Both the position numbers and the translations under genes were made by a program. A stretch of 64,000 nt of DNA from the IMG/VR virus record IMGVR_UViG_3300014819_000001, positions 1 to 64,000 of that record; one strand, written 5' to 3'. The notes under the pieces are model-generated. The model was not told the DNA's origin. It saw nothing but the letters and a program-made list of their open reading frames with translations, and ran no database searches. This DNA is from a virus. Lineage: Duplodnaviria > Caudoviricetes. The stretch's first letter is position 1. Each line of letters opens with the position of its first letter. Of this stretch, positions 50,844-61,682 are shown piece by piece.

Positions 50844-51790
50844 TCTCTGCTCCTAAGTTTAATTTTTAATTCACTTTCTAATATTGCATTTTTAATAATC
50901 AAAAGAGTTTTTAGTTTGCCATAATATTTAACTGCATCGTTAATATCTTTTATATCATTATCCCAATCTGGCATACTTACCTTATAATTATTGTCTAATG
51001 CACTTTCTATAATTTTTAAACCTGCTTGATCTCTATCAGGAACAACAACAACTTTTTTACCTAATTGATTAATTAACATACTTTGTTGTTTATTGATTTC
51101 GTTACTCATTACAGCAACTCCATCTATACTAATAGCATCAAACTGCCCTTCACAAACAATAATAAATTGTCTATGATAATTTTGACGATCTAAATTGAAC
51201 ACATAACCTGGTTGTTGCTCTGCTAGATATTTTGCCTTACCTTCATCAATTCTTCTACAGGTATATCCTACAATTTGATTTCTAAAGTAATAGGGAATAA
51301 TTAATCTATTGTCAAAACCTTCTTCTGAACTCCAATAAAAATCATAGTCCTCTAAGGTCAAAGCTCTACTGTATATATATTCTATCACTGATATTAATTG
51401 GTCGCTTGGGTCATCAAGTAAATCAATGATTCGTTTGCTACCTCTGGGTAATGTCTTAGGTACAAACTTTGGAACATGTAATTCTTGTTCAACTATTTCT
51501 GTATCTTTAAGACGCATTGCTTCAATATATATTTTACTGATTATATCTGTTGGTACTGATAATAATTGTAGCAACTGTCTCATTTTTACACTAATACTAC
51601 GCCCTGGTTGCCAACTTGCCTTAAATCCACAGTTAAAACAGTGGTAACTTAAACTTTCCCCATCTATAATGAAGCCGCCTCTATTACGACGATCACTACA
51701 ACAAATAGCATTAAAGCTGATCCATCCACTTGGAGTGGTCTTTCGACTGTAAGGTAAATGACTTAATATAGTATCAGCAATAAGGTTCAT
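50819..51790 (-). CDS. DNA primase (Zn finger plus TOPRIM)
   Basis: CC...YHCFNCG, CEGQFDA, PDRD.AG, KDINDA. Confidence 0.9.
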   Translation of the reverse strand: MNLIADTILSHLPYSRKTTPSGWISFNAICCSDRRNRGGFIIDGESLSYHCFNCGFKASWQPGRSISVKMRQLLQLLSVPTDIISKIYIEAMRLKDTEIVEQELHVPKFVPKTLPRGSKRIIDLLDDPSDQLISVIEYIYSRALTLEDYDFYWSSEEGFDNRLIIPYYFRNQIVGYTCRRIDEGKAKYLAEQQPGYVFNLDRQNYHRQFIIVCEGQFDAISIDGVAVMSNEINKQQSMLINQLGKKVVVVPDRDQAGLKIIESALDNNYKVSMPDWDNDIKDINDAVKYYGKLKTLLIIKNAILESELKIKLRSREWLKSLEF

Positions 51791-51798
51791 TCCTTATT

Positions 51799-52629
51799 TT
51801 ACACTAGAAGACTAACTGAATCAAGTGATCCGGCTGTTTTAATATATCTAACTCTTAAATAATTTAAATCATCAATAGGCAATGGATCTGTTGTCCAAAT
51901 CCCATTATATCCATCCCAAGTAAAGTTTAAAAGTATTGCAGGGTTTCTAAATGATTCATTACCAATAACTTCAGTTTTTGTACCTTCAACCTTTACAGTT
52001 CCGTAGAAATTAGTCATTTTAATTTTTAATTTAACTTCTGTTATTTTTTTGGCTCTATAATCATTTAAGCTAATGCCTTCGCTATTGTAGTAAGTTTTTC
52101 GGTCTTCCCATCTTCCAGCAGTGTAGTTAGTCTCTTGAGTAAACCTATCATATACTTTAGTGCTAGTGGTAATATAATTAAGTCCATTTAATAATTGCAT
52201 AGTTCCAACAGCACCGTATTGACTATCAGTATAAGTTAGCACTTCAGGACCCATCATTTGATCTTTTAGTACAGCAAATTTCAAAAATTGTGGATCCAAG
52301 TCGTCTAAGTCAGATGTAGGTATAGTAATTCGTGCAAGGCCTACTTGTGTACTGTCTTCCATATTTTCTGCGGTATAAGTACCAATGAGGTTTCGACTTT
52401 GATCCATTAAAACTAGTTTTAATAGATCATTACCAATCTCAATACGTTTCTGATCATGATTTTTTACTTCTATTTCTATGACATTATCAATGCCTTTATA
52501 TATTTTTACGTTACGCTGGTACACTATTCGCCACTCCGTATTAGCTGAATTATTATCCAAATTGGTAAGTACAGTTATACGATTTGGATATAAATAAACT
52601 TGAATTTTATGCATTTGGACTCCTAACAT
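51799..52629 (-). CDS. Hypothetical beta-rich protein, possibly structural
   Basis: IYKGIDNVIEIEVKN; long intact ORF. Confidence 0.55.
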   Translation of the reverse strand: MLGVQMHKIQVYLYPNRITVLTNLDNNSANTEWRIVYQRNVKIYKGIDNVIEIEVKNHDQKRIEIGNDLLKLVLMDQSRNLIGTYTAENMEDSTQVGLARITIPTSDLDDLDPQFLKFAVLKDQMMGPEVLTYTDSQYGAVGTMQLLNGLNYITTSTKVYDRFTQETNYTAGRWEDRKTYYNSEGISLNDYRAKKITEVKLKIKMTNFYGTVKVEGTKTEVIGNESFRNPAILLNFTWDGYNGIWTTDPLPIDDLNYLRVRYIKTAGSLDSVSLLV

Positions 52630-52636
52630 TATTTAT

Positions 52637-53011
52637 ATGGCTAAAAAGCTAAGAGATACAACAAAAGAGCAATTACCCTTTATCAGCGTGTTAAACTATG
52701 GTGAGCAGGAATATGTTGGGATCATAATTAATCAAGATCAATTTGTTACAACTTTCTACGATATTGATGCTATACGAACACCAGAAGAAAAAAATCAATT
52801 CATTCTGATGGGCGAAACTTGGTGGTGGGAAAGTAATCGTCAAATACCCATCAATATATTTTTGAAAGCTGAGATAGATATATTCAAATATTGTATTAAA
52901 ACTTTCAATAGTAAAGGTGTTCGTATAGTATTAGGTCCCACAGTAAACTTACTTAATATGAGTTTAAAAAGAGCTAAACGTCGTAGTGTTGAATTAGTTA
53001 GAAAGATCTAA
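52637..53011 (+). CDS. Hypothetical protein
   Basis: EYVGIIIN...GETWWWESNR.IPINIFL. Confidence 0.7.
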   Translation: MAKKLRDTTKEQLPFISVLNYGEQEYVGIIINQDQFVTTFYDIDAIRTPEEKNQFILMGETWWWESNRQIPINIFLKAEIDIFKYCIKTFNSKGVRIVLGPTVNLLNMSLKRAKRRSVELVRKI

Positions 53012-53586
53012 CTATAATCATAACTCAAGCTTTCACAAATTAAATTCATCTGTACTACTACAGCCATAGCATAGGCTACAGCATGTGGCTTCTTAAAATA
53101 ATACTCGTCATTCTCTGGTTTCGTCCAAACTTCCATCATGATCTCGGGCCATGATTTTCCAATCAAGTGCCTCTTGGATGGTCGGATCATAGCGAGGACG
53201 GCAGCTAATTGTTCCACGGAAGTAGGTTGGGTCTTCTTCAGAATAGTCCCATGCCCTTTCAAATGAAATAGTAGATCCGTAAACTCGTCTTGTAGTAATA
53301 GTTCCCATAGTGGTTCTGTCTCCATTAATTGTGTTAAATGAGCTTCATTTTGTACATCTTTGTAGATGTTAACATTGAGAAAATCTATTTTAAAATAGCC
53401 ACGTTGTTCGGCTTGTTTGTATTCTATGCCTGCTATTTTTGTCAAAGGGTCATAAGGTATACTTTGAACATATATACCTGTATTATGTACAGCTACCCCA
53501 TCAGGTCCTTCACGTCTTGCCTTGATATGAGGTATCAAATTTAGTGCTTGATCTCTATTGGCAAAATCGATGTCGATGTCAGGCAT
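53008..53586 (-). CDS. Miniature DnaE (Pol III alpha, C-family)-like polymerase core
   Basis: MPDIDIDF, HNTG, GYFKIDFL, LAMIRP, YYFKKPHAVAYA within 192 aa. Confidence 0.8.
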   Translation of the reverse strand: MPDIDIDFANRDQALNLIPHIKARREGPDGVAVHNTGIYVQSIPYDPLTKIAGIEYKQAEQRGYFKIDFLNVNIYKDVQNEAHLTQLMETEPLWELLLQDEFTDLLFHLKGHGTILKKTQPTSVEQLAAVLAMIRPSKRHLIGKSWPEIMMEVWTKPENDEYYFKKPHAVAYAMAVVVQMNLICESLSYDYS

Positions 53587-53758
53587 CAGTGCTTGACCTC
53601 ACTGTTAAACATTAGTAATGGTAGATTATCTGCCAAAAATTCAGTATATTCCTTAGCATCCTCTACAGTTTCAAAACCAGTGAACTGTACGTAAACTGCC
53701 TTATCTTCTTCGACTAGCCTAACTTCTATGTCTAATGGTATTTCTTTTACTTCAGTAC

Positions 53759-54439
53759 TCATAAGTTATGTTCCTTTACAACATGTTTGACTAGATCAAG
53801 ATCATCTGAGTTTGAACGAAACTTTTTAACCCAAAATTCTGGATCTATAGTATTACTGAGTTCTGCTAACTGTTCATCGCTAAATTGTGTTAATAATTTT
53901 CTACCACCAGTACTATTTAACAATAGCCAAGGACTCACTTTTCCATCTTTAATATCAAAGGTAGCTCTAGTCGGGCTAGCGTATAGAAAATAATGATTCC
54001 ATATGCTACTATGATCATCTGCCCAATCCATCATAGTAGCTATGCTTCTTTGCAGTGCAGTTTCTACACTTTCGTTTTTTATTAGTTCAAGAACATAGGA
54101 TTCATATAATTTTTCATTACACCAGTGATCAAGTTTTACTCCACTGACCACTACATAATCAATAAAATATTCTGGATACAAAGGATTTACATTGTGTAGA
54201 AAGCTACCAAATTTAACAAAAGCGTTATAATATTGGCTTCTAGCAAAATCATCATAACTTTTTTGTCCTTCAAATTTCTGTGATAATTTGTAAAATCTAC
54301 AATAGCTTAGAAAGCCCATTTGTACATGTTTTTCATTTTTAGCAAAATGGCGTCTTTTTTGTTCACACATATGCACCATCAAAGTTTTTTCCTTAGTAAA
54401 TTTACTTTGACAATGATTACAAATAAATGCTTGATTCAT
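53759..54439 (-). CDS. Zinc-finger-containing hypothetical protein
   Basis: FICNHCQSKF...LMVHMCE. Confidence 0.7.
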   Translation of the reverse strand: MNQAFICNHCQSKFTKEKTLMVHMCEQKRRHFAKNEKHVQMGFLSYCRFYKLSQKFEGQKSYDDFARSQYYNAFVKFGSFLHNVNPLYPEYFIDYVVVSGVKLDHWCNEKLYESYVLELIKNESVETALQRSIATMMDWADDHSSIWNHYFLYASPTRATFDIKDGKVSPWLLLNSTGGRKLLTQFSDEQLAELSNTIDPEFWVKKFRSNSDDLDLVKHVVKEHNL

Positions 54440-54903
54440 TAAAAATATTTTTGAATTTGTGAATCGTCCCAACCTAAGTCTTTAGCTAAATTTTTAAGTT
54501 CTTTCACACCATTGATTTCAGCTAGGATTTCTAGGTCACACAGTTTTCTATCTGGATATATATCCTGTAAAAATTTTAATTTTTTAGTTTCGCCCTTTTT
54601 CTTTTTAAAACCAATCCATTCATGAAAATATTCTTGTTTATTTTCATATCCACAACAACACAATAACTGCCAAAGTAATTTAGGATGTTTATTAAACAAT
54701 GACCAGTGTTTATTATAAAATTCGTTTGTTGATAATACATAGTGTTCTTGAACTTCTCTTTTACTAGTTTTTACACTACTAACATATCTGTTCAATAAAA
54801 AGAAACTTACGCTCTTTTTTTGTTCATCAGTGAATAAATCCCAAAGGTCTTTACCGCCTTGATCTACTGCACTGAGTATGTCTTTTAATTCAAGTTTTGC
54901 CAT
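54439..54903 (-). CDS. Clamp-loader small subunit (T4 gp62-like)
   Basis: FLLNRYVS...N...H..L.W pattern, size, and replication-module context. Confidence 0.5.
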   Translation of the reverse strand: MAKLELKDILSAVDQGGKDLWDLFTDEQKKSVSFFLLNRYVSSVKTSKREVQEHYVLSTNEFYNKHWSLFNKHPKLLWQLLCCCGYENKQEYFHEWIGFKKKKGETKKLKFLQDIYPDRKLCDLEILAEINGVKELKNLAKDLGWDDSQIQKYF

Positions 54904-55116
54904 CTTCTTTACCTAATCTATAGATCATTATAACACGTTCAACAGCCTTTTGTAAAGCAGGGTTGGAATCTTTTTTATACCATATTTCATTCCATTCTAA
55001 TTGATTTCTCCTATCTATAGCATATTGATCCATACTGACAAGAGCTCTTTCGGTGCTATTAGGTTTCCTTACATATACTGTATGACCACCGTCTGGACTT
55101 TCAAAAATCTCCCCCA

Positions 55117-55623
55117 TCAAAGAATCCTACCAATATCAATCAGCTCACTTTGCCTACTTACTTCTTTAACAAAAAATGCACATTCTGGCTTTTCTTCGTA
55201 ATTCAATGGAGTTACTAGTAAATGGTTATTACGCATTTTAGGAAAATACCATTTGACATCATTATAAAAATTTACAATCTCAATTGGCTTATATTCAATT
55301 TTGAAACTGCTCAAAGGGTTAAAAATTACAGCATCAAATCCTCGATCATTTAGGCTAGTTAGAGGTAATATTTCAGCGTCCACACTGCTAGTGCCATCTC
55401 CTACAACAATGCTCCAATCTATAGGCATACTGATTTCTTGATCACCTATTTTTAACACTATAGCTGGGCTGTTAAAACTTTCTAAAAATATCAATGGTAC
55501 AAAGAAGAAGTCTGGATTTTTTGGATCACTATTGTCTAATACAGCGAATCTTGTGTTTTCATCTACTTCGTCTGGTAAATTGTTTAATGAGAATAATTTG
55601 TTTTCTAATGTTAGTATTTGCAT
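55117..55623 (-). CDS. Hypothetical protein
   Basis: Intact ORF in the helicase operon. Confidence 0.65.
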   Translation of the reverse strand: MQILTLENKLFSLNNLPDEVDENTRFAVLDNSDPKNPDFFFVPLIFLESFNSPAIVLKIGDQEISMPIDWSIVVGDGTSSVDAEILPLTSLNDRGFDAVIFNPLSSFKIEYKPIEIVNFYNDVKWYFPKMRNNHLLVTPLNYEEKPECAFFVKEVSRQSELIDIGRIL

Positions 55624-55625
55624 GA

Positions 55626-57098
55626 TTATTGCCAGTCCATTTTTTGAATACTGAATGGATATTGGGCTTCCTTATAATATTTTTTACGTTCTGTAAGATG
55701 TCGTTTGCTGAACTTACAGGTGCTGGTTACATCCCAGATTTCAACATGGTCTTTGTCCTCCGCTCGACGGATACCCCTGCCAATGCTTTGTATAACACGT
55801 ACAAAGGACTTGCCAGACTCAATAAGAACCAAATTAAAAATGCGAGGAATATTGATGCCAACTGCCGCCACACCGTAGGTTGCGACGATGACTTTATTTT
55901 GACTCGTTGCCACTTCGTCATATTCTTCTTTCCTATCTTTTGTCTTTACATTGCCTGATATGAATACGCTGCCTTCTAATTCATTTACTATAAATTTGCC
56001 TGTGTCAATTCTATTTACTAATACTAATGTATTGCCTTTCTCTGCTACATTCTTAATAAATTTGCTAATATAAATCATCCTAGTTTCATCTGTAACAAGA
56101 TACTTTAGTTCATCTGCATAATTTTTAAATTCAGGTAAGTCAACAAGTTGTACAATGTTCACATGACAATTACTAAGGACTCCTCGCTCTTGTAATTCAC
56201 TAGCTTTAATGCCACCAACTAGTGGACCGATACTGGCGAAAATTTGTTCATGTTCATAAGGTTCTTTAGGCACAGTTCCAGTTAGGCCCCAACGTATACA
56301 AGCATTATTTAGGTTACGTGTTAACAAATTTTTCAATACCTCTGCTTTGGCCATGTGTACTTCGTCAACAATTACAGCAGTAACCCCATCTAAAAATTCA
56401 GCCAATGTAAGTTGATCTGTTTCTCCATTTTTACTTTTTTTATCCAATATGTTTAAACTTTGCCAAGTGCATATTGTATGCGTACAATTTAATTCTTTAC
56501 GATCACCATAATACACACCAACATCCAATCCTACATTACGAAAATCTTCTTCAGTTTGTTCAACTAGACTTTTGTTTGGTACTATGGTGATAGTCCTTCC
56601 ATATGGCTCACATAGTTGGCTTAAAGTAGCAGTGGTAATAGTTTTACCAGCACCAGTAGCAATCTCTTGTAGGCTTTGATGATATTGAAGGAAATTGTTT
56701 ATAGCATCTACTTGATAGTCACGTAGCAATATAGGTTGACCTTCTTGTTGATGACCTTTAGGCCATACCTTACCCTGATCAGCCCAATATGTTTCAGTTA
56801 CCGGAGTAAAACTGATTTGTTTACTGGATCTGTGATCTTCAATATCAGTTACTTCGATATCCATAGAATCCAATACCCCAAGTATTTTTTCTATGTGTGT
56901 TAAGTACCCTGATCCTCCAATACCAAATAGGCTAGTTGTACCATCCCAACGTCCTAACTTGTAAGCAGGTTGGAAACGTGCATAGGGCAATACATATTTG
57001 AAGGTGTTGGCTAACTTACGACGTGCTTCTAATGGCAACCCCTCAAATTTAATGTTTACTTCATCTTTTATTATTAATTTACAGGATTTCATGTACAT
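55626..57098 (-). CDS. uvsW: SF2 helicase, UvsW-like
   Basis: LRDYQ, ATGAGKT, VDEVH, GLTGT, QSIGRGIR. Confidence 0.85.
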   Translation of the reverse strand: MYMKSCKLIIKDEVNIKFEGLPLEARRKLANTFKYVLPYARFQPAYKLGRWDGTTSLFGIGGSGYLTHIEKILGVLDSMDIEVTDIEDHRSSKQISFTPVTETYWADQGKVWPKGHQQEGQPILLRDYQVDAINNFLQYHQSLQEIATGAGKTITTATLSQLCEPYGRTITIVPNKSLVEQTEEDFRNVGLDVGVYYGDRKELNCTHTICTWQSLNILDKKSKNGETDQLTLAEFLDGVTAVIVDEVHMAKAEVLKNLLTRNLNNACIRWGLTGTVPKEPYEHEQIFASIGPLVGGIKASELQERGVLSNCHVNIVQLVDLPEFKNYADELKYLVTDETRMIYISKFIKNVAEKGNTLVLVNRIDTGKFIVNELEGSVFISGNVKTKDRKEEYDEVATSQNKVIVATYGVAAVGINIPRIFNLVLIESGKSFVRVIQSIGRGIRRAEDKDHVEIWDVTSTCKFSKRHLTERKKYYKEAQYPFSIQKMDWQ

Positions 57099-58263
57099 TT
57101 GATATTAATGGCTTTACAGGTAAATGATAAATTATCAGGTCACAGTCATTACAATAAACATCACATTTATTGTTTCTAAGGCTATTGGTAAAACTGATTA
57201 CAGCATCTGGATACCAACTACTGTGTAGCATGAATTTTGGTAGTTTTCCATTACCAATACCTACTATGTCAGTATCGTTATCTAATTTTTTATTCAGTGA
57301 ATATTGTGATATAATCTTGTTAAATGCTAGTCCTTCTTGTTTGTTATCAAATCTAAAATAAATTCCAGTATTATATTCTTGAATATTTGACTCTAAAAAT
57401 TTTATCAATTTTTCAATTGAATGTATACTATTGATAGGTGAAAAATCGTCAAAAATTATCAAAATTCGATTTCTACTAAGATTAGACAGTGCGGTTAAAA
57501 GAGTATTAAAATTGACTATGTTACTATTGATAAAAACTTTATTTTGTACTCTGTTGGCTATCTTATATTCTAAACTATTTTTTGTATTTTCGTCAAACTC
57601 ACCATTGAAATTGTACTGGTACCGTATTTTTTGATCTAAAACAATTAACTGGTTAGTAGTATCTATTTTATGATTATTTGGTTCTAATTTACTCTTATAA
57701 AGGTGGTCAAATTCAAATTTTTCTTGGACTTGTTTTAAATCAAGTTTAGAAATTTTTTCATATAATTCCAAAAAATCATCGGAAAACTTAAATTTTAGTG
57801 GGGACAACTGATCATATAAAGTTACTATATTTTTTTCTGACAATGAGTATATGTAGCCTTTATTATTTAAATCATGCTTTTCATATTTCAATTGAGAGTT
57901 AATAATAGACAATATTTTTTTGATTTCTTTATCAAAACTAAATTCAACTAGAATTTGTGCTTCCTCATTTTTTGAGTATTTTAGTGAGATTTGACGAATT
58001 TTTTCATTAACTCTAAATTCTTTTTTCCACATTGGCATTGCCAATAATTCTAGCACAGAGTCTTTAAAATTTCCTAAGTGTTCTTGATTTTCTTTTAAGA
58101 TTTTTAATACTAGATTAGATTGGGATTCCGTAATATACAAATCCTTAGTCATCATAGATGATATATTTTTCAGTATTTTTCTATCTTTAAGAGGTATGGA
58201 TGAATTGATATTATCGAAACCTATTTGTTTTAAAGAATAAATTAAATCATCAACTGTATTCAT
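57079..58263 (-). CDS. Hypothetical protein
   Basis: 394-aa AT-rich ORF overlapping the helicase start. Confidence 0.7.
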   Translation of the reverse strand: MNTVDDLIYSLKQIGFDNINSSIPLKDRKILKNISSMMTKDLYITESQSNLVLKILKENQEHLGNFKDSVLELLAMPMWKKEFRVNEKIRQISLKYSKNEEAQILVEFSFDKEIKKILSIINSQLKYEKHDLNNKGYIYSLSEKNIVTLYDQLSPLKFKFSDDFLELYEKISKLDLKQVQEKFEFDHLYKSKLEPNNHKIDTTNQLIVLDQKIRYQYNFNGEFDENTKNSLEYKIANRVQNKVFINSNIVNFNTLLTALSNLSRNRILIIFDDFSPINSIHSIEKLIKFLESNIQEYNTGIYFRFDNKQEGLAFNKIISQYSLNKKLDNDTDIVGIGNGKLPKFMLHSSWYPDAVISFTNSLRNNKCDVYCNDCDLIIYHLPVKPLISNVHEIL

Positions 58264-58289
58264 ATGTATATTGTATAAAATTAGATAAG

Positions 58290-59138
58290 CTATGTCAAGT
58301 CTACTTTACTCAATAACCTTCTAAGAGGTGTTCCTTCATTAATTTCTTCAATGGTCCATTCAGTATGTAGTATGGCATTAAACCAACTGCTTCTATCTAA
58401 AATTCTTGGGGAGTCTATATTAGACAGCATATCACTTTGTTCATAGGCTAGGCTAGATTCATCACAGATTAAGGGACAGCCATTGATAATACTTTGTATA
58501 CCTACACCACTATTAAAATTTATGATTGCCTTATAGTTGAAACTTAAATCAAACTTGTCATAAGTGCCTAATAATTTCTTAGGTGTATCAAGAATGACAT
58601 TATGGCCAAAATCTTGACCAAGATAGTTACGTGGGTGAGGCCTAGCGATGATTTTTTGATCTGTATATTTTCTAATCTCAAGAATTTTTTGTCTCATCCA
58701 ATCCTTACATGATCCAGAATATGTCCATTGTAAACTTTGATCATGCTGTCCGGCTATCAATATAGGTTTGTTATTATTAGGAGTGACATCGTTTAATTTA
58801 ATACCTAATTTTTTGTCTCTATCTGGTATAAAGTTTTCATTATGAGCATAAATTCCATCTCGAGTAATATTGTTTACACTGACCTTCCAAGTTTGTCCTC
58901 TGATCAAACTTCCGACTTCAAGAATAAAAACAGGCTTACCTAAATTTCTATAGTGATTGTAGATTTCTTGATTTTTCTGCATTCTACCACGCCACAGTAC
59001 ACTCCAAATTAAGGCACAGTCACAATCTAAAGAATTTGCTACAGGCTCAATACCTAATTTTTTACAGGCTTCTAAAAATCCCTGCCACACTGGTTCACTC
59101 TGTTGTGCTGTTTGATTTTCAAAGTAGGAAATTTTCAT
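58290..59138 (-). CDS. GT-B protein resembling capsule KpsC/KpsS-type Kdo transferases
   Basis: LIAGQH.QS, RPHPR, NSGVGI.SII.G.P. Confidence 0.6.
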   Translation of the reverse strand: MKISYFENQTAQQSEPVWQGFLEACKKLGIEPVANSLDCDCALIWSVLWRGRMQKNQEIYNHYRNLGKPVFILEVGSLIRGQTWKVSVNNITRDGIYAHNENFIPDRDKKLGIKLNDVTPNNNKPILIAGQHDQSLQWTYSGSCKDWMRQKILEIRKYTDQKIIARPHPRNYLGQDFGHNVILDTPKKLLGTYDKFDLSFNYKAIINFNSGVGIQSIINGCPLICDESSLAYEQSDMLSNIDSPRILDRSSWFNAILHTEWTIEEINEGTPLRRLLSKVDLT

Positions 59139-59155
59139 ATGTTAAATATTTAATC

Positions 59156-59959
59156 ATGAATACGCCGAATTTCATAGGAGAATTCCCCCAAAATTCCATA
59201 GTTTTTTATATGGCCGCTGACGAGGTCTATTTTAATCTTCATGCCAAAACTCTTATAGCCAGTATCAAAGAAAATTTTAATCATCCTATACATATTCATA
59301 TATATAACCCAAGTGATGCTACAAAAATCTATTGCGAAAGTAATAATGTAAGTTATAGTTTTGAATTCTTTGATGAAAAATTAGTTGAACGAGCCCACCA
59401 AATATATAAAAGGCCTTATTATGATTTTGAACTAATAAGACGTAAGGCAAAAATGCAAAGTGGCAAAAGAGATGACAAAGAACTTTGGAAATATCTGGTA
59501 AAAACTTATTACGCCTGTACAAGATTTGTTAGACTGTGGCAACTTTTACAAAAACCGACCTATGTCATACTTTTAGACGTTGACAGTTTGGTAAGGATGC
59601 CTTTTGTTCTTCCTACTAATGAATATGACATTCATGTATATATAAAAAAACATAAAAAGCATGTTCCATGGCCTCAACATTTAGCTAGTACTATTTTTTA
59701 TACTGGAACTGACGCTAGTTTTAAGCTAATTCGTGATCATGCCAATTTAATTATTGAAGAATATCAAAAAGATTTATTCTATTGGTTTTTAGATCAGGAA
59801 ACTTTAGATGTTGCCCTAGCCAAATATAAAAGAGCACCATTAGATCAAGCATTTGTTGACTTCGATATGGGCGAAACTAGTTTTATATGGTGTGCCAAGG
59901 GAAACTTAAAAGATAATCAAACTTGGCTCAGTGAAATTAAAAAATATCAAAGTTTATAA
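59156..59959 (+). CDS. Nucleotide-diphospho-sugar transferase-like protein
   Basis: YYACTRF, LDVDS, WFLDQ. Confidence 0.65.
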   Translation: MNTPNFIGEFPQNSIVFYMAADEVYFNLHAKTLIASIKENFNHPIHIHIYNPSDATKIYCESNNVSYSFEFFDEKLVERAHQIYKRPYYDFELIRRKAKMQSGKRDDKELWKYLVKTYYACTRFVRLWQLLQKPTYVILLDVDSLVRMPFVLPTNEYDIHVYIKKHKKHVPWPQHLASTIFYTGTDASFKLIRDHANLIIEEYQKDLFYWFLDQETLDVALAKYKRAPLDQAFVDFDMGETSFIWCAKGNLKDNQTWLSEIKKYQSL

Positions 59960-60858
59960 TAGCTTTTAAACTTGTTCCAATATACTCCTTGGAGAATTTC
60001 GTCACCAGTATGATGTATATGTGCAATTTTATGAAGCCATTCATTTCTGTCAGGCATTGGCGGGTCAGAAAGTTGCTCAAGATTAGTAAATCCCACATCC
60101 TTGGCCCAACTATTAGTAGGCTCATCAAGATAAACTGGGATACCTTCTATTACACTGACACAATTTGGTGTACTATTGAATCCTACACAACACCAAGCAT
60201 CAGCCAAATCATCTTTTATGTCACCTCCAGTACGAACATTCACAGTATGACCGAATCTTTTTCTTATTCTTTCAACATTTGCCTTATTATGGCCACTATC
60301 ACCTGGATGAAGCCTCACTGTGATTGGTCTATCAGTTATTTCTCTCACTCTTCCCACCATATTGCACACCCATTTGATGCCATTATGTCCTAACATGTTC
60401 CAACCTTCAGTTCTTTGACCTAAAATTACAATATGATTACCATTTTGACGCCATGGTTTAATTTCTAAGTCATGCATAGCTAAAAGTTTATCTAATTTTG
60501 TTGGGTCTTTTGGTAAACTTAAAAAATATTCACCATCTGTTGGGTAAACTCCATTAACACTGTATCTATAACAATGATTATCTTTTTTTCCGTAGTTAAA
60601 AATATTACTATCTATGTAAATTATAGGAATATCTCTAGATTTTAAGTTTCTAATAATTTTACTTCTAAAATTTTCACCTAAAGTATAGCCTAAAATAAAT
60701 CCTGCGTCAATATCTAAAATTTTTTGTTCATGTTTTTTAAAATTAACGATTTCGTCCCCAGCAGCTACCACTCCCAAGCCAAAATCTATCAATCTTGACG
60801 TTTTTAAGGAAGCAGTACGCCAATCACTTATACTGGTATAAAAAATTCCTACTTTCAC
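59947..60858 (-). CDS. GT-B protein resembling capsule KpsC/KpsS-type Kdo transferases
   Basis: ILGQR, VRLHPGD, NSTP...SVIEGIP. Confidence 0.6.
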   Translation of the reverse strand: MKVGIFYTSISDWRTASLKTSRLIDFGLGVVAAGDEIVNFKKHEQKILDIDAGFILGYTLGENFRSKIIRNLKSRDIPIIYIDSNIFNYGKKDNHCYRYSVNGVYPTDGEYFLSLPKDPTKLDKLLAMHDLEIKPWRQNGNHIVILGQRTEGWNMLGHNGIKWVCNMVGRVREITDRPITVRLHPGDSGHNKANVERIRKRFGHTVNVRTGGDIKDDLADAWCCVGFNSTPNCVSVIEGIPVYLDEPTNSWAKDVGFTNLEQLSDPPMPDRNEWLHKIAHIHHTGDEILQGVYWNKFKSYYKL

Positions 60859-61682
60859 AATTTTTTTACAAGATCATCTATTTCTTTCAAGCTTTTCAGT
60901 AGGTTAGACATATCTTCCATCTTAATCATGTTAGGTCCATCACTGGGAGCGTTGTCTGGATCATCATGGCATTCGATGAAAACGCCGGCTAAACAGCCTG
61001 TTGCTACTGCTGCTCGGGCGAGATATGGGACCATCCCGCGATCCCCGCCAGAAGAGGAACCCAATCCTCCAGGCTGTTGGACTGAATGAGTACAATCGAA
61101 CACGACAGGGTAACCAGTACCGGCCATAATAGGCAAACTACGCATATCGACCACCAAATTGTTATATCCATGAGTATATCCTCTTTCACATAACATAATG
61201 TTATGATTTCCAGTACTGGCTATCTTCTCTGCTACATTTTTCATATCATGAGGGGCTAAGAATTGGCCTTTCTTCACGTTAATAACCAATCCAGTCCCAC
61301 CTGCTGCTATCAATAAGTCAGTTTGGCGACAAAGAAAGGCAGGAATCTGAATAACATCAATTTCATATGCTAGTGCCAGTTTGGCATGTTCCTTTTCATG
61401 TATATCTGTTAGTACAGGCACACTTAATTTAGTTTTTATTTCATTAAGTATGCTCAATCCTTTATGTAGACCTACTCCACGACGTCCATTGATGCTTGAT
61501 CTATTGGCCTTATCAAAACTACTCTTAAAAATTAAGTCCATACCTAAGTCTCTACAAATATCTAGTAATTCTGCGGCTATTTGATAGGCATGCTCTCTAC
61601 TTTCTATTTGGCAAGGTCCTGCAATCACCTTTATGGGACTTGAATTGTCTATAGTAAAGTTATTAAACGTAATTTGTTTCAT
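60855..61682 (-). CDS. kdsA: KDO8P synthase
   Basis: IAGPCQIES, SFDKANRSS, QIPAFLCRQTDL, KKGQFL, ERG, DCTHSVQ.PG, SDGPN. Confidence 0.96.
   Translation of the reverse strand: MKQITFNNFTIDNSSPIKVIAGPCQIESREHAYQIAAELLDICRDLGMDLIFKSSFDKANRSSINGRRGVGLHKGLSILNEIKTKLSVPVLTDIHEKEHAKLALAYEIDVIQIPAFLCRQTDLLIAAGGTGLVINVKKGQFLAPHDMKNVAEKIASTGNHNIMLCERGYTHGYNNLVVDMRSLPIMAGTGYPVVFDCTHSVQQPGGLGSSSGGDRGMVPYLARAAVATGCLAGVFIECHDDPDNAPSDGPNMIKMEDMSNLLKSLKEIDDLVKKL

Noticed and set aside
47840-57098. Inteins or introns in helicase, primase or UvsW
   Set aside because: Protein lengths are ordinary and I saw no intein splice motifs or inserted nuclease domains.
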